A DNA stretch of 64,000 nt from Mytilus californianus (GCF_021869535.1 NW_026262679.1:34038001-34102000); one strand, 5' to 3'. Positions 49,976 through 63,672 are shown, counted from the stretch's first letter. Notes: a model not told the origin generated them from the letters alone. Program-made: numbers and translations.

Positions 49976-52269
49976 GACACATTTATTATGGATCATGGAA
50001 AACAACAACAAAAAAGCATTGTATGGATTGTAATAAGGATTATCAGTCAAATTTCACTACTGGATTGTGAAATGTGCAATGCTCTTGATATTCAGTGTGA
50101 GCAAACTATTTTGAAATGAATGAAACATTATCATTTATTTTATGAAACTTTTGAAATAGACATTATGTATTTAATAATTAATACCCATAATGAACCCAAG
50201 AAGTAAAGGCTTTTACTTTTACGTGCAAACCACTTTATCAAATTAACAAATATTTTCACATCTTTTAGGAAATCTCTTATTCCATATATTATGTTTTACA
50301 ACAATACAAAAAAGAAATTATTTACTTAAAAGAGAGGCAAAGGATACCAAAGGGACATTCAAACTCACAAGTCGAGAATAAACTGACAATGCCATGACTA
50401 AAAATGAAAAAGACAAACAGACAAACAGACAAACAACAGTACACAGTACACAGTACACAAAACACAACATAGAAAACAAAAAGCTGAGCGACACGAAACC
50501 CATCAAAAAATTTTATTTTACTTAGTTATATATTTTTTGCTGGTTTTAATTCTGGACCAATGTATTTGTATTTAAATCATTTGATTTAATATGTTTTATA
50601 CAGAAGTGGCTGCAATGAATGAATTATGCATGCTCAACAAATGAACTGTTAACACAGAGAAATGAATTCTAGCCCTAGCAGATATTGTTTCTAGAAAGAT
50701 CAAATAACACTTTTGACTATTTTCTGCTCCATACGCACAAGATTTATATTCTCATGAAACATGCAGAATTCAATTGAAGGGGCTTTATTATTCTTCCGTA
50801 CAGAAGGTCCCGTAAATGTATTTTTTGTTTTAATCAGGAGGTTTTATTTTAGAAAGACTTTATTGCCGTTCGTCATCTTAAATTTGTAAAAACCCTATGA
50901 GAATTGTAATTAAGTTAGTAAGTTTATTTTATTAAAGTCGAGGCATATGTGCAGAAAAAAATGAACATTAGGTTACGAAAGCTCTAACAAAGTATATTGT
51001 GGCTAGAGTAACCCCCTTTTTTCCCACCTCTTAACATGCGTATTCACCTTGCTGTGTTTAAGATTCCTTACGACATTAAAGTAAACCATTGATAAATTGA
51101 CATATGTTTACATCTCTAATTGTTCATTTCAAGTCGAAAGTTTTTATAAATGTCGATTATGTCAAAGCTCATGATTACCGAAATTGCTGTTTCTTGTGTT
51201 TTAATTTACCAAAACACTTAAAATTGACAACGAAGTTGGACTTGGTATAGGCATGGTTGAATTGTATGTCACTTATGTTATTTTATGGTTGACAAGGACA
51301 TATTTTAAGAAAGAAGCAGCTGTGACAGGAAAGATAATATATGTATCAATGAAAAAACAACTATATTTTCATCTATTAGTGCAGGTCTTTGGAGTGTGCC
51401 GAGCTGTTAAAGTTGGAGGTTCGTACGCCATATTTGAATGTCGCTTGTAACCATGGTAAAGAGGTTGGTGGTTCGTATACATCAAAAATTAAAAGTTTGG
51501 ATGATATACGGGATGGTCAAAATTAGTCCTTGGTATGAAAGATTCTTGAGAAAAATTCAGAATAATTTCCAATTCTTATTCTAATGAATAAATAGCCAAA
51601 TTACCGTACAACATCATTAACCTACCTGCGTTGATTACAGATGCATAAACTACGTTAATAAATATGCTGAGGTGAACGACAGAAAAACAATAACGAACAT
51701 AGAGTATATATTGGCTTTTATATTTTTACGTTTTGGGGGATCTTGAACAAACCAAAAAAGCTCTTCGGACGCACAAAATTACGTAAAATGTAATTTTCAT
51801 TTTTATTTCAAAAGTAACAGGAGATTTTGATGCAACACCATAAAGTCAATAGATTCTTAAATGACAAATCTAAGTCTGAGTTTTGTCTTAATATTCTAAA
51901 AAGTATAAACTATGCTTGCTTTGTCTTTACGAAGTCTTAACATTTTTAATCTTTATCAAATTCCCTCAACATATTCTTTACATCAGAAATTTGCCTAAAT
52001 AAATTCAAGTACTTATACATCCTTGGCTTTTAATTTTCTAAGTATTAGCGTTCGCGATGATACTTAAATACTGCAAAATGCTTCTTCGAAAGCACACAAT
52101 TTATTAGTGTTAATTATATTTTTCAGCCTGCGACGATACAACTGCGGGTGGATTATTAATTCCTGCGTGTATCATCAACTCAGTAGTTAGTGTAACTTGC
52201 CTCTCTGAAATTGTTTGTTACTAAATTTAGAAATTAGTAAGAAACAAGGTTCCATATTCTTAAGGCAAA

Positions 52270-52600
52270 TTTGACCTTAAGTTCCAAGTGGTGAAGTTGA
52301 AATCATACTTTCGAAAAAAAACTTTTGGACGCAATCACGAGTCGTTTGATCGTTCTGGAATATCTGTGTCATAGATGACGACGGATACGTTCCAATTATA
52401 ATAACCACAATCCCGTCCTCTTTTCCTGGATAATAACCCTCAGAATTAAACGTATTGCAAGGTTTGTATTTACATGAGCAGCACGACGGTTACCCCATGT
52501 TAAGCAGGATCTGCGCAATCCTCAAGGAGCACATTAGATCACCCCCGGTTTTGGCAGGGTTCGTTTTGCTCGTTTTATAATTGTATATCTTTTGTGTGTA
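52270..52600 (+). mobile_element. Penelope-like RT extreme C-terminus and 3'UTR (family W)
   Basis: QVVKLKSYFRKK.FGRNHESFDRSGISVS*MTTDTF, followed by the GAGCAGCACGACGG...GCAGGATCTGC...GAGCAC...ATCACCCCCGG tail. Confidence 0.75.
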
Positions 52601-54836
52601 AACATATATTTGTTAACATCTATTTAAAGTAAAATGATCAAGAAGATAAGAATGTCTCACTTTTGTTGTAGTTGTTCTTGTGTTAGTCACCAAGTATCTA
52701 CATGATTTTAACTAAACATTTAACCTGAAGATGATTAACATGCTCGATTCAAAGATTGAACAACAGTATTTTGTCTTGGTTTTATTAAAGCAAGATTTAC
52801 ATTTTAACCAGAAAGATGTCTGGTGTTATCTATCTATATATGTATGGTATGCTTTATTATGCTGTGTGTTTTTTTAAACAAACTCAAGCATTTTTAGGCA
52901 AAATTTTATTCAAAATTGAATATCTAATAGAACACTACTATTTCTTGTTCCTTTTCATATAAAACAAAGTCAATAACAAAATCTCAAAGAATAACTGTAA
53001 TGATAGTAAATAGTTGCAAATACTGTTCTTAAAATGATTAATAAATACATAATTCTGAAATTGTTTAATTGAAGGTGCAATTTAATTCCTAACAAAAAAT
53101 AGTCTTTCAATCGTGAGATATGTAAATTGTTTCTGTCACATCAATTTGTTGACATATCATTGAGGGACATTTCTTAATTGTCATAAAATATATTTTGTCA
53201 TGCATACTATTTCGTCCACATTGAGTGGTAAATCCTAAAATCGGATAGATTTAGAACATTGAACTTTTTATCTTGGATTTTCAAATTATTCTCTTGCTTT
53301 CTACCATTTCCATTCAATCACTATAACATTTCTCTTCGATATCAAAATATATTTAAACATCAATATGGAACTTTTAGTGATTCAAATCAATCCATGGCAT
53401 TTTGCTATCTGAATTTATATAGCATTTTTTTACGGTAACTTATGAGAAATACTTTTGTTCGTTTTCTATGTGAATGCAACAAATAATGTAAAATTGACAG
53501 TAATATTCAAATCCTGATTAAACTGATTTCTTATCTTTGAATTAAATGTTCAATTCTTTCAAAACATTCACGATACTCATACAATGAAATAAACTTAAAC
53601 TAGCAACACTTTTGTACAACATATGCAACATATGCAGCATGACATTGACAATTTATAGTATTGGCTAGTATCTAAGTACTCCTTTTTTTTCGTTTGGTTT
53701 TCTGTGCACTCTTTATATTATAAAACACATAAATCTCTACTTATTTACCGAATTTCATACTCATATGTAATTCTAATGCCTATGTTTTCGTTTGTTTTTG
53801 TACCAATGGAATAGGTAGGTAACTAATTTTGGTTTTGTTATCAGTAATTATATTTTTTGTCCGATTCCTAATAGAAACAGTTGCGTTGTCTCTCTTAAAA
53901 GTTCTGTTTTGTAATCACGTAATTTTCCTTTCAATTAACTTGTTTACTTTAAAAAGTAAGAGTGATAGCAAAAGGAAATGGATGATTGGAGCTGATCCTT
54001 TTATTCGTGGAAACACAACAGATGAAAGTTAATCGTTGTCAGAAAAAACACTTATTTTTATTCAGAGAATAGGTATTTGACTTTCTTCGTGTTAGGCATT
54101 GTGTAATATATCATAGTTTTAAGTCGCAAATCTGTGTCAATATAAAGAATAATCTCTAAAAATGAAGCAGACCTTCTAGTATTGGTACTTTCCTTTATTT
54201 CAAATTCAATTAAAAACATGATGTGTAAACGCTCATTGAAAGCTAAATTTAAAATTCTAGACAGAATTCTTTTCCTTTTTATCCTTGAGGACGTTTTGTA
54301 TGAAATCTGCTCTGTATGACAATTTATGAGAACAAAAAATAAGTCGGTCAGAAAGGATGCACAATGAGTACCCTACATACTGGTTGTATAGATCAACCAA
54401 TGTAGTCAAGTATTTCTATGATATTTTCTTTTTTGTATTTGTCGTAAGAACCAGTTTGATTTTCAAAAGGAAAATGTTCCCTGATCATGAACACGAAATT
54501 TGTAGCTACCATTTCAATTTGTGAAGAAAAACTCTGGTTAATGAGAAGATTAATTCGATTTATCAACTGCTGATCATATAGAATAGTATTGTATAGCATA
54601 GAAAAATCAGTTATAATGTTATTGCCCAACAGTTATGTGTAATGATTGTTATTAAAGATTTTGGAGTAGATCCTTATATTACTTTAGGATTCCACACATA
54701 AATGTCACTGCTAGTTGATTACACCTCATCACAATTATTTGACAGACATACTTGTATTTTATTGTAAGTTGAAGAACCATAAAAGGATGTTTAGTCTAAC
54801 ATCTAAACGAGCCAGTCATGTAGCTTTTGTTCGTTG

Positions 54837-55053
54837 GAATTTGATGCGACTGTCGTACAAGTGAGAGGTTTAGCGTTATAAAACCAGGTTCAATCCACCG
54901 TTTTTTACATTTGAAAATGCCTGTACTAAGTCAGGAATATGACAGTTGTTGTCCATTCGTTTGATGTGTTTTATCATTTGATTTTGCCACTTGATTAGAG
55001 ACTTTCGTTTTGAATTTTCCTCGGAGTTCAGTATTTTTGTGATTTTACTTTTT
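54837..55053 (-). repeat. Family X copy
   Basis: Reverse complement of 7354-7570. Confidence 0.9.
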
Positions 55054-55259
55054 GTTGGGTGGGATTCGTGCTGTTAAGTCTTCCATTTTGTGTTTTGTAT
55101 ACTGTCGTGTGTCTTTTGGTAATTTTTTTGTCTTTGCCATGGCGTTGTCATTTTGTTTTCGACATTGGTATCTTTCGACTCTCTTTTATAAGGATTTTTT
55201 GTGAAGTTTTAGTTTTCATTATTAGAATGGATATATGCATCGTCCATTTTATGTAAAAA

Positions 55260-55780
55260 CAAAGGAGGTAAAGACGGGTGTTTACATTCATATAGGAATC
55301 ATATGTGCTCCTCTGTTCATCGACATATTCCTTTATTTTTATGAGATATTCTTTATACAGTGGCAAGTAAAGAATAATGAAAAGAAGCCAGCATTATCCT
55401 TTTACTTCACACTCGGCCTTTAAGAATTTTTCATTTCACTGAACAAAAGTCAACATTTAATGACTTCCTTGATCGTAGCTATCCCATTATACTCGACACA
55501 AAGAATACCACATATACACTTAAGAGTGCTTCATATCTTGATTTGCAAGTAAAAATTTTCCATGAGTGTCATTTGAGAAGTAGTTCTTATGACAATGGAC
55601 CGATTCCAGTTTTCCCGTTGACGACTTTCCAATTATATGAACACGTGCGGCAATATTTAGCTGCACCTGCATAATACAAAAAAATACCTCCAAGTTGATC
55701 AATGCACATGATTGCTTATATGCACAAAGAAGCATTGAATCAATGATTTTTTTATTGTTAAGTTGAAGTCAGTTTTTCGA
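55260..55780 (+). mobile_element. Degenerate Penelope-like reverse transcriptase fragment (catalytic region)
   Basis: GVYIHIGIICAPLFIDIFLYFYEIFFIQ...KKPALSFYFT matches GIPMGTNCAPLLADLFLYSYE...KKLA.SFNFT. FNDFLDRSYPIILDTKNTTYTLKSASYLDL matches the IYP.ELE.K.TT....SASYLDL motif. The YIDD position is destroyed. Family assignment is from memory. Confidence 0.8.
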
Positions 55781-56394
55781 AAAATGTATGGTATAAATGT
55801 TGATTTTGCTGCTTTTTTCTGAATATCTGTGTTACAGTTTCAGTGTTTATTTGTATCAGTTTTCAGTATTGTATTTGTTTTAGTTTTCAGTGTTGAATTT
55901 GTGCTATTTATTTTTTACAATCGCTCTACCGGTATCAATCTTGTCTGATAGTTGCTCTAAGAACTGTATTTGCTTTCGGTAATGTATTAAACATTACTAA
56001 TGAAAACGCTAATCATTAAAATGGAGAGGGAATAAAGAGCTCCAATATACAGATTGTGTTTAAGTTCTTGAGTCGTTATGGCTAGAACAGATATATTTAC
56101 TCGTATAGTGTATGATTTTATATTATCGGATATGAACCATTAGTTGAAATCAACAGAAGTAATTCTATGGATGTTAATTGCTGATAAGTAAATGTTGAAC
56201 TTGTCAGTGCATCTGAGTTCACTTCGAGGTTTTGGTTTGGTTTGTGTTGCTCACATCTTGTTCAGCAGAACACTTTGCATTTGTTGTACTCTCTTGATTA
56301 GTTTTGATAAATACCCTTGCTTTTTAAACCTGGCCGTTTCAAAATTAAGGCATGCAGCACCAATATGATTTATAACCGTTTCTTCACAACTTAC

Positions 56395-56600
56395 AAAAAG
56401 TAAAATAACAAAAATACCGAACTCAAAGGAAAATTCAAAACGGAAAGTCCTTTGTTAAATGGAACAATCAAAAGATCAAACACATCAAACGAACTGTTTT
56501 ATTTCTGACTTGGTACAGGCATTTCTTTATGTAGAAAATGGTGGATTGAACCTGGTTTTATAGCTAGCTTAACCTCTCACTTGTATGACAGTCGCATAGA
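56395..56600 (+). repeat. Family X copy
   Basis: Inserted in block G' relative to G (38160-38200). Confidence 0.9.
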
Positions 56601-57146
56601 ATACAAGTGGTTTGTATTCTCATGTACCAAAAATAAGAAAACTAATAAAATCAGTATGAAAGGAACAATTGATATAAACATTGAATAGATTACCATGCCT
56701 TGTTCTTGAAGTTAATAAGGTACAAATACGGTCCATTTACATATTCCACCATTTACGCTCTCAATCAATTTACTTTATGTTGAAAAGCAACACAATACTA
56801 TTGCCGATACAAAACAAACTCCCGGCGTCCCTTTATTCAGGCGGTACTTAAATTGAGTTGCTATCAACAGTGTCTGATTTAGTAATATCTCATGGTTTTA
56901 ATTGGGTTTATCGAATTGAGATGTAACATATATAGTTGCAACCTTTAAGGAGAAGTAGGACAAAATTGATATAAACGATGCATATTAGTCTTATATTTGA
57001 ACATTTGCAATGAAGTGAAAAGATCGCTTCAATCTTATTTATTTACTTATTGCTTTCATTGTGAATACACATTTTTAAATTTTGTGATTGATAATGGGGA
57101 TGGGCATCTCAAATTGTAAAGTATAAGAGTTTAAAGTTTCAGAAAG

Positions 57147-57452
57147 TTCTCCGAGGGTATCACCAGCCCAGTAGCCAGTATTGCAATAGTGGCATGAAAA
57201 TACGGATTTTTTTTTTATTCAAATTTGCTGTTACGAAATTTAAGAAATTATTCTAAATTAGGGAATATATCTCCCTCATGCAGAGAGCTGATTCCTTGCC
57301 CGACTTTGGCTATACTTGTTGGTCTTTTTCCGATTATAGCTCTCCATCCTTTTAATAAGCTTTGGATTTTTAAATATTTAGACATCGAACATCACGGAAG
57401 AAAAATTTATTGTCGAAATGCGCATCTGGTGCAGAAAAATTGGTACTGTTAA
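57147..57452 (+). mobile_element. Retrozyme-type element with degenerate hammerhead at 57389-57432
   Basis: Starts CCGAGGGTATCACCAGCCCAGTAG. Ends ACATCA-CGGAAGA-AAAATTTATTGTC-GAAA-TGCGCA-TC-TGGTGC. Inserted in duplicated block G'. Confidence 0.7.
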
Positions 57453-58211
57453 TTTTATTTCAATAGATTTGTTGTTTTCTAAAATAAAACACTTTAATTA
57501 AAGATTTTTGCTCTGTACCTTTTTTATGATGGCGAACCTAGACAGCTGTAGAATACATGGCCTGTGAGTATCTATGAAAAAGTATTAACAAAAAATACAG
57601 AACTCCAAGGTCAATTCAAAAATAGAAAGTCCATAACACCTGACAAAACCAAAATGTTACACTTTATGAGCCATCATTGCAACAGAACGAATGGAAAACT
57701 ATTTTTATATGATGGGATATAAACATCATGGTTTACGTTGCTTCGTTCCCCATTTTAACAGTCTCTTTCTAAATATAACTCTATGCATTTAATACATGGA
57801 TTTTTTCATAAATCACCTTGTTTGCCTTGAATTTACGAATCAATTTTCAAACGAAAATTGTGCAGTGTAGGAAAAAATAAGGTGTTGTATAATTATGTAT
57901 CATCTCTTCAATTTAGACAGACTTATTCTTAGCGATTGTAAATGATTTCTGGGACGTACGAAAAATTATAATCATTGTGAACATGAATGAAATATTTGCC
58001 CCTGGACGTTTAACTACAAACAAAATTATTCCACCGACTTAATATACGAACAGTATACTATTCCAAGAAGAGAACTTCTCATACTTTTCATTATTAAGTA
58101 GGTACACACGAAATCAGTCATGTCGGTGTTGGATGATGCCATTAAATAGTTATGTTTAATACAAACCATCCCGAACTACTGACTTTAGTGACGGTTCATT
58201 ATTATGGATAC

Positions 58212-61200
58212 AGAGAGGAAATGCTGGCACTCTAAATTGATGCTGACAAAATTTTGTAGTCATTGTGTTCCAATATTGCTGTCATCTTTATTATACAATC
58301 CATCCTGACATAAAAATATTACTGATTTACTATTAATTGAGAATGGAAATGGGGAATATGTCAAAGAGACAACAACCCGACATAGAGCAGACAACAGCCG
58401 AAGGCCACCAATGGGTCTTCAATGCAGCGAGAAACTCCCGCACCCGGAGGCGTCCTTCAGCTGGCCCCTTAACAATTGTGTATGTGACTATATAAGATTT
58501 TCATATAAAAGTGCAAATATGGTTAGTTTGGTTGATGCAGTCAAATAATTTTGTTATACGAGTCAGCCTGAAGTATCAAAATTACTAAAATATGTTAACG
58601 ATTCAATATTTTGAATAAAAAGAGGACATGCTGGCACTCTAAATTGATGCGGACAAAATTTTGTAGTCATTGTGTTCCAATCTTGCTGTCATTTGTATTA
58701 TACAGTCAATCCTGACATAAAAATATTACTGATGTACTATGCAACTATAATATTTACATAATAAAGTGCAAATATGGTCAGTTTTGGATTGATGCAGACA
58801 AAAAATTTTGTTATACGAGTCAGCCTGAGGTATGAGAACTACTTATATTTCTTTACGATTCAATATTTTGAATAAAAATGAGAAATGCTGGCACTCTAAT
58901 CTGATGCGGACAAAATTTTGTAGTCATTGTGTTCCAATATTGCTGTCATTTGTATTAAACAATCAATCCTGACATAAAAATATTACTGATTTCATTCGAT
59001 TATAAGATTTACAAAATAAAGTGCAAATATGGTTAGTTTTGGTTGATGCAGACAAATAATTTTGTTATACGAGTCATCCTGAGATATCGAAACAACTGAA
59101 ATAATTTTATTATTCATTATTTAAATAAAAAGAGGACATGGTGGCATTCTAAATTGATGCGGACAAAATTTTGTAGTCATTGTGTTCCAATAATGCTGTC
59201 ATTTTTATTACATATTCAATCCTGATATAAAATTATTACTAATTTACTTTGCAACTATAAGATTTACATAATAAAGTGCAAATATGGTCAGTTTTGGTTG
59301 ATGCGAACAAATAATTTTGTTATACAAGTCAGCCTGAGATATCTAAACGACTGAATTTTTTTTACATTTCAATATTTTGAATAAAAAGAGGACATGCTGG
59401 CACTCTTAATTGATGTGGACAAAATTTTGTAGTCATTTTATTCCAATATTGCTGTCATTTCTATTATACAATCAATGCTGACATAAAAATATTACTGATT
59501 TACCAAGCAACCATAAGATTTACATAATAAAGTTCAAATATGGTCAGTTTTGGGTTGATGCAGACAAATAATTTTGTTACATGGGTCAGCCTGAGGTATC
59601 AAAAGTACTGAAATATGTTAACGATTCAATATTTTGAATAAAAAGAGGATATGCTGGCACTCTAAATTGATACGGACAAAATTTTGTAGTCATTGTGTTC
59701 CAATATTGCTGTCATTTGTATTATACAATCAATACTGACATAAAAATATTACTGATTTATTATGCGATTATTAGATTTACATAATTAAGTGCAGATATGG
59801 TTAGTTTTTGTTGATGCAGACACATAATTTTGTTATACGAGTCAGCCTGAAGTATCGAAACTACTGAAATATTTTTATTATTCAATATTTTAAATAAAAA
59901 GAGGACACGCTGGCATTCTAAATTGATGCGGACAAAATTTTGTAGTCCTTGTGTTCAAATATTGCTGACATTTTTATTATATATTCAATCCTGATATAAA
60001 AAATTATTACTAATTTACTATGCAACTATAAGATTTACATTATAAAGTGCAAGTATAGTCAGTTTTTGGTTGATGCGGACAAATAATTTTGTTAAACGAG
60101 TCAGCCTGAGATATCTAAACGACTGAAATTTTTTTACGTTTCAATATTTTGAATAAAAAGAGGACATGCTTGCACTCTAAATTAATGCGGACAAAATTTT
60201 GTAGTCATTGTGTTCCAATATTGCTGTCATCTTTATTATACAATCCATCCTGATATAGAAATATTACTGATTTACTATGCAACTATAAGATTAATATGAT
60301 AAAGTGCAAATATGGTTACCGGTAGTTCGGTTGATGCGGTCAAATAATTTTGTTATACGTGTGAGCCTGAGGTATCAAAAGTACTGAAATATGTTAACGA
60401 TTCAATATTTTGAATAAAAAGAGGATATGCTGGCACTCTTAATTGATGGGGACAAAATTTTGTAGTCATTGTGTTCCAATATTGCTGTCATTTTTATTAT
60501 ATAATCAATCCTGATATAAAAATATTACTTATTAATTATGCGACTATAAGATTTACATAGTAAAGTGTAAATATGGTCAGTTTTGGTTGATGCGGACAAA
60601 TAATTTTGTTATACGAGTCAACCTGAGGTATCAAAACTACTGAAATATTTTTATTATTCAATATTTTAAATAAAAAGAGGACACGCTGGCACTCTTAATT
60701 GATGCGGACAAAATTTTGTAGTCATTGTGTTCCGATATTGCTGTCATTTGTATTATACAATCAATCCTGACATAAAAATATTACTGATTTACTATGCGAC
60801 TATAAGATTTACATAATTAAGTGCAAAGATGGTCAGTTTGGTTGATGCGGACAAATAATTTTGTTATACAGGTCAGCCTGAGGTATCGAAACTACTGACA
60901 TTTTTCGTGATTCAATGTTTTGAATAAGAAGAGGACATGCTGGCACTCTTAATTGATGAAGACAAACTTTGGTAGTCATTGCGTTCCCATATTGCTGTCA
61001 TCTTTATTATACAATCCATCCTGACTTAAAACTATTAAAGATTTATAATGAGACTATATATATTTTCAAAATAAAGTGCAAATGTGGTCAGTTTTGGTTG
61101 TTGCGGTCAAATGATTTTGTTATTCGAGTTAGCCTCAGATATCGAAACTACTGATATTTTTTTACGATTCAATATTTTGAATAAAAAGAGGACATGCTGG

Positions 61201-61681
61201 CACTCTAAATTGATGCGGATAAAATTTTGTAGTCATTGTGTTCCAATATTGCTGTCATTTTTATTATATAATCAATCCTGATATAAAAATATTACTAATT
61301 AACTATGCAACTATAAGATTTACATAGTAAAGTGTAAATATGGTCAGTTTTGGTTGATGCGGACAAATAATTTTGTTATACGAGTCAGCTTGAGGTATCG
61401 AAACTACTAATATTTTTTAACGATTCAATATTTTGAATAAAAAGAGCACATGCTAGCACTCTAAATTGTTCTGGACAAAATTGTGTAGTCATTGTGTTCC
61501 AATATTGCTGTCATCGGTATTATCAGAAGTACATTACTAGACGACGTGTGCAAGCTGTACTATATAGTAAGGCGATCATGATGTCCCCTTTATCAGTGGA
61601 ATGCCCCAAAGGTGGTATTATACAATCCATTCTGACATAGAAATTTTACCGATTAACTATGAGGCTATATAGATTTACATA
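58212..61681 (+). repeat. Tandem satellite, ~256-bp monomer, ~13 copies
   Basis: GCTGGCACTC-type anchor at 58223, 58630, 58887, 59140, 59396, 59653, 59909, 60168, 60429, 60685, 60939, 61196 and 61452. Spacing is 253-261 bp except for the first unit, which is interrupted. Confidence 0.97.
58335..58483 (-). mobile_element. Family Z terminal fragment inserted in the first satellite monomer
   Basis: AATTGAGAATGGAAATGGGG...GGCGTCCTTCAGCTGGCCCC is the reverse complement of ~24205-24344. Confidence 0.9.
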
Positions 61682-62026
61682 ATAATAAAACAACGTTAAC
61701 AAAAGATATAGTGACGTTAACAATGGTAAAATGAAAACGGCGTAAAAAGTAGCTGTAACGTTTGACGTAAATTAAACTGTCTTTTAAATTACCGACATAC
61801 TCAGGGCCACCAGATGCAATGTTCGTTAGCTGTGATGTGTTGTGACATGCGGAATGAACTAATATAGATGTATCTCACAAATAAGAAAAATATGAAATGT
61901 TTAATTACGTAAACACTTGTTTGCTAAATGCTTATAACCTTTTCTGTCATTTGTTTAACCAATTCAATGTTTATGCGGCAGCGGCCGGAAGTCTTGTTTT
62001 CATGATGACTTAGTTGTGTTCTTTCC
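61682..62026 (+). repeat. 345-bp direct repeat, copy 1 (copy 2 at 63328-63672)
   Basis: ATAATAAAACAACGTTAAC...GTTGTGTTCTTTCC occurs twice, same length, only scattered substitutions. Confidence 0.95.
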
Positions 62027-63239
62027 AGTATATTAGGTCAGTGCCCTGATTGATATTCCAATTAAACAGCTAATAATTATCCCTACCTTTTTTTGTTGGG
62101 GATAAATCAGTTAGATTCAAGGTTGATTCCCCAAAAACAAACTTGAATTTACACATTTTTACTATTCTGTTACCGTCTTTTAAATGTAAGTTCTGTGACA
62201 CTCAAATACAAACTTTCGTTCTTGAGGTTTTTGAAGAATACTCGAAAAAAAAACACGTCCGTCATGAATGATATTACTACGATATTTGTAATAATTGAGA
62301 ATTAATTCAATCATAAGATAAAACAGGAGCCCTTCAGTCGTTTTTTGTATTGTTCGGGTTATTTGTTGTATTTCGTGTGTTTTCTTTGACGTTTGGGCTA
62401 TTTTCACATTTATGTTTACCCCATATCCGCCTTAATTCATACTTCAAACATTTTATTTTCGATTTCTTAGTATTTGGTTTTGAGCTTTGACGAGTTTAAT
62501 CTGGTTTTGAAATTTGTATATGATGGATTTAAATCATGTTGATATCTTCTATTGTTGTATTAAATATGAAAACACAAAGTCAGTTGTGGTAACCGTTGCT
62601 AATTGTATATCCTATCGTTTCCTCCTTGTTCTACTAAACATCTTTTTCTCATAATTTTGTTTCAATTATCAACAAAATTATCTTGTAGGTCCCAAAGTAA
62701 ATACCAATTTCAGAATCTGTTTCATACAACGGGAGTTATATAACACGATCCCAACAGTCGTTACCGGTTCAATGATTATACTACCATTGATTTCATAGAA
62801 ATAGAATTAATTCATGTTTAAACAGACTGAGATCAAAGATATTTTAATTATCAGTGAAAAATCTTCCATAAGTTAATCGGCAATTTCATACAAAATAATG
62901 TTTTTGAACACCATTACAAACAAACAAAATCTACTTTTTTTTAAATTCCGTAACAACTGCATTGAAGTATGGTATTCTTTTAATGTTTATTATAGAATGA
63001 TTTTTGTACTATCTGTACATTTCTTTGAATTATGAGAAGTCTTTTGAAAGATAATTTTTCGACGTGTATTAATTCTCCTGAGTCTCATCTTCAACGTAAA
63101 ATCTACAAGTTGTCTGACTTATATGTACCTTAAATTATGCAAGTAATAAAAAACTTGCTACGGTCAGCTGGTGTCGTCGGGGTCTCACAACTCTCCAACT
63201 GCGCATTCAATGATGAGGCACCACCTATATCATATAGAC

Positions 63240-63672
63240 TGTGACAGATTGGTAAACTCGATGTGTGGACAGGCAGTAAACAACGTCTAATTGGTTTCAC
63301 TATGTAAACGAAATAACACATTACAAGATAATAAAACAACGTTAACAACAGATATAGTGACGTTAACAATGGTAAAATGAAAACGGCGTAAAAAGTAGCT
63401 GTAACGTTTGACGTAAATTAAACTGTCTCTTAAATTACCGACATACTCAGGGCCACCAGATGCAATGTTCGTTAGCTGTGATGTGTTGTGACATGCGTAA
63501 TGAACTAATATAGATTTATCTCACAAATATGAAAAATATGAGATGTTTAATTACGTAAACACTTGTTTGCCAAATGCTTATAACGTTTTCTGTCATTTGT
63601 TTAACCAATTTAATGTTTATGCGGCAGCGGCTGGAAGTCTTGTTTTCATGATGACTTAGTTGTGTTCTTTCC
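63240..63672. mobile_element. LTR-like segment beginning TGTGACA, abutting the BEL gag fragment
   Basis: Homology to the paralogous host segment (3600-3618) stops exactly at ...catatagac|TGTGACAG. TG start is typical of LTRs; the other LTR boundary is not resolved. Confidence 0.45.

Noticed and set aside
53829-54032. ORF whose 3' half stays open in paralogue 37600-37750
   Set aside because: TTG start, 5' frame differs between copies, and substitutions look neutral.
58212-61681. 256-bp array as a CRISPR array or coding repeat
   Set aside because: No unique spacers, indels break frames, and the ORFs at 60969 and 61084 are not kept in other monomers.
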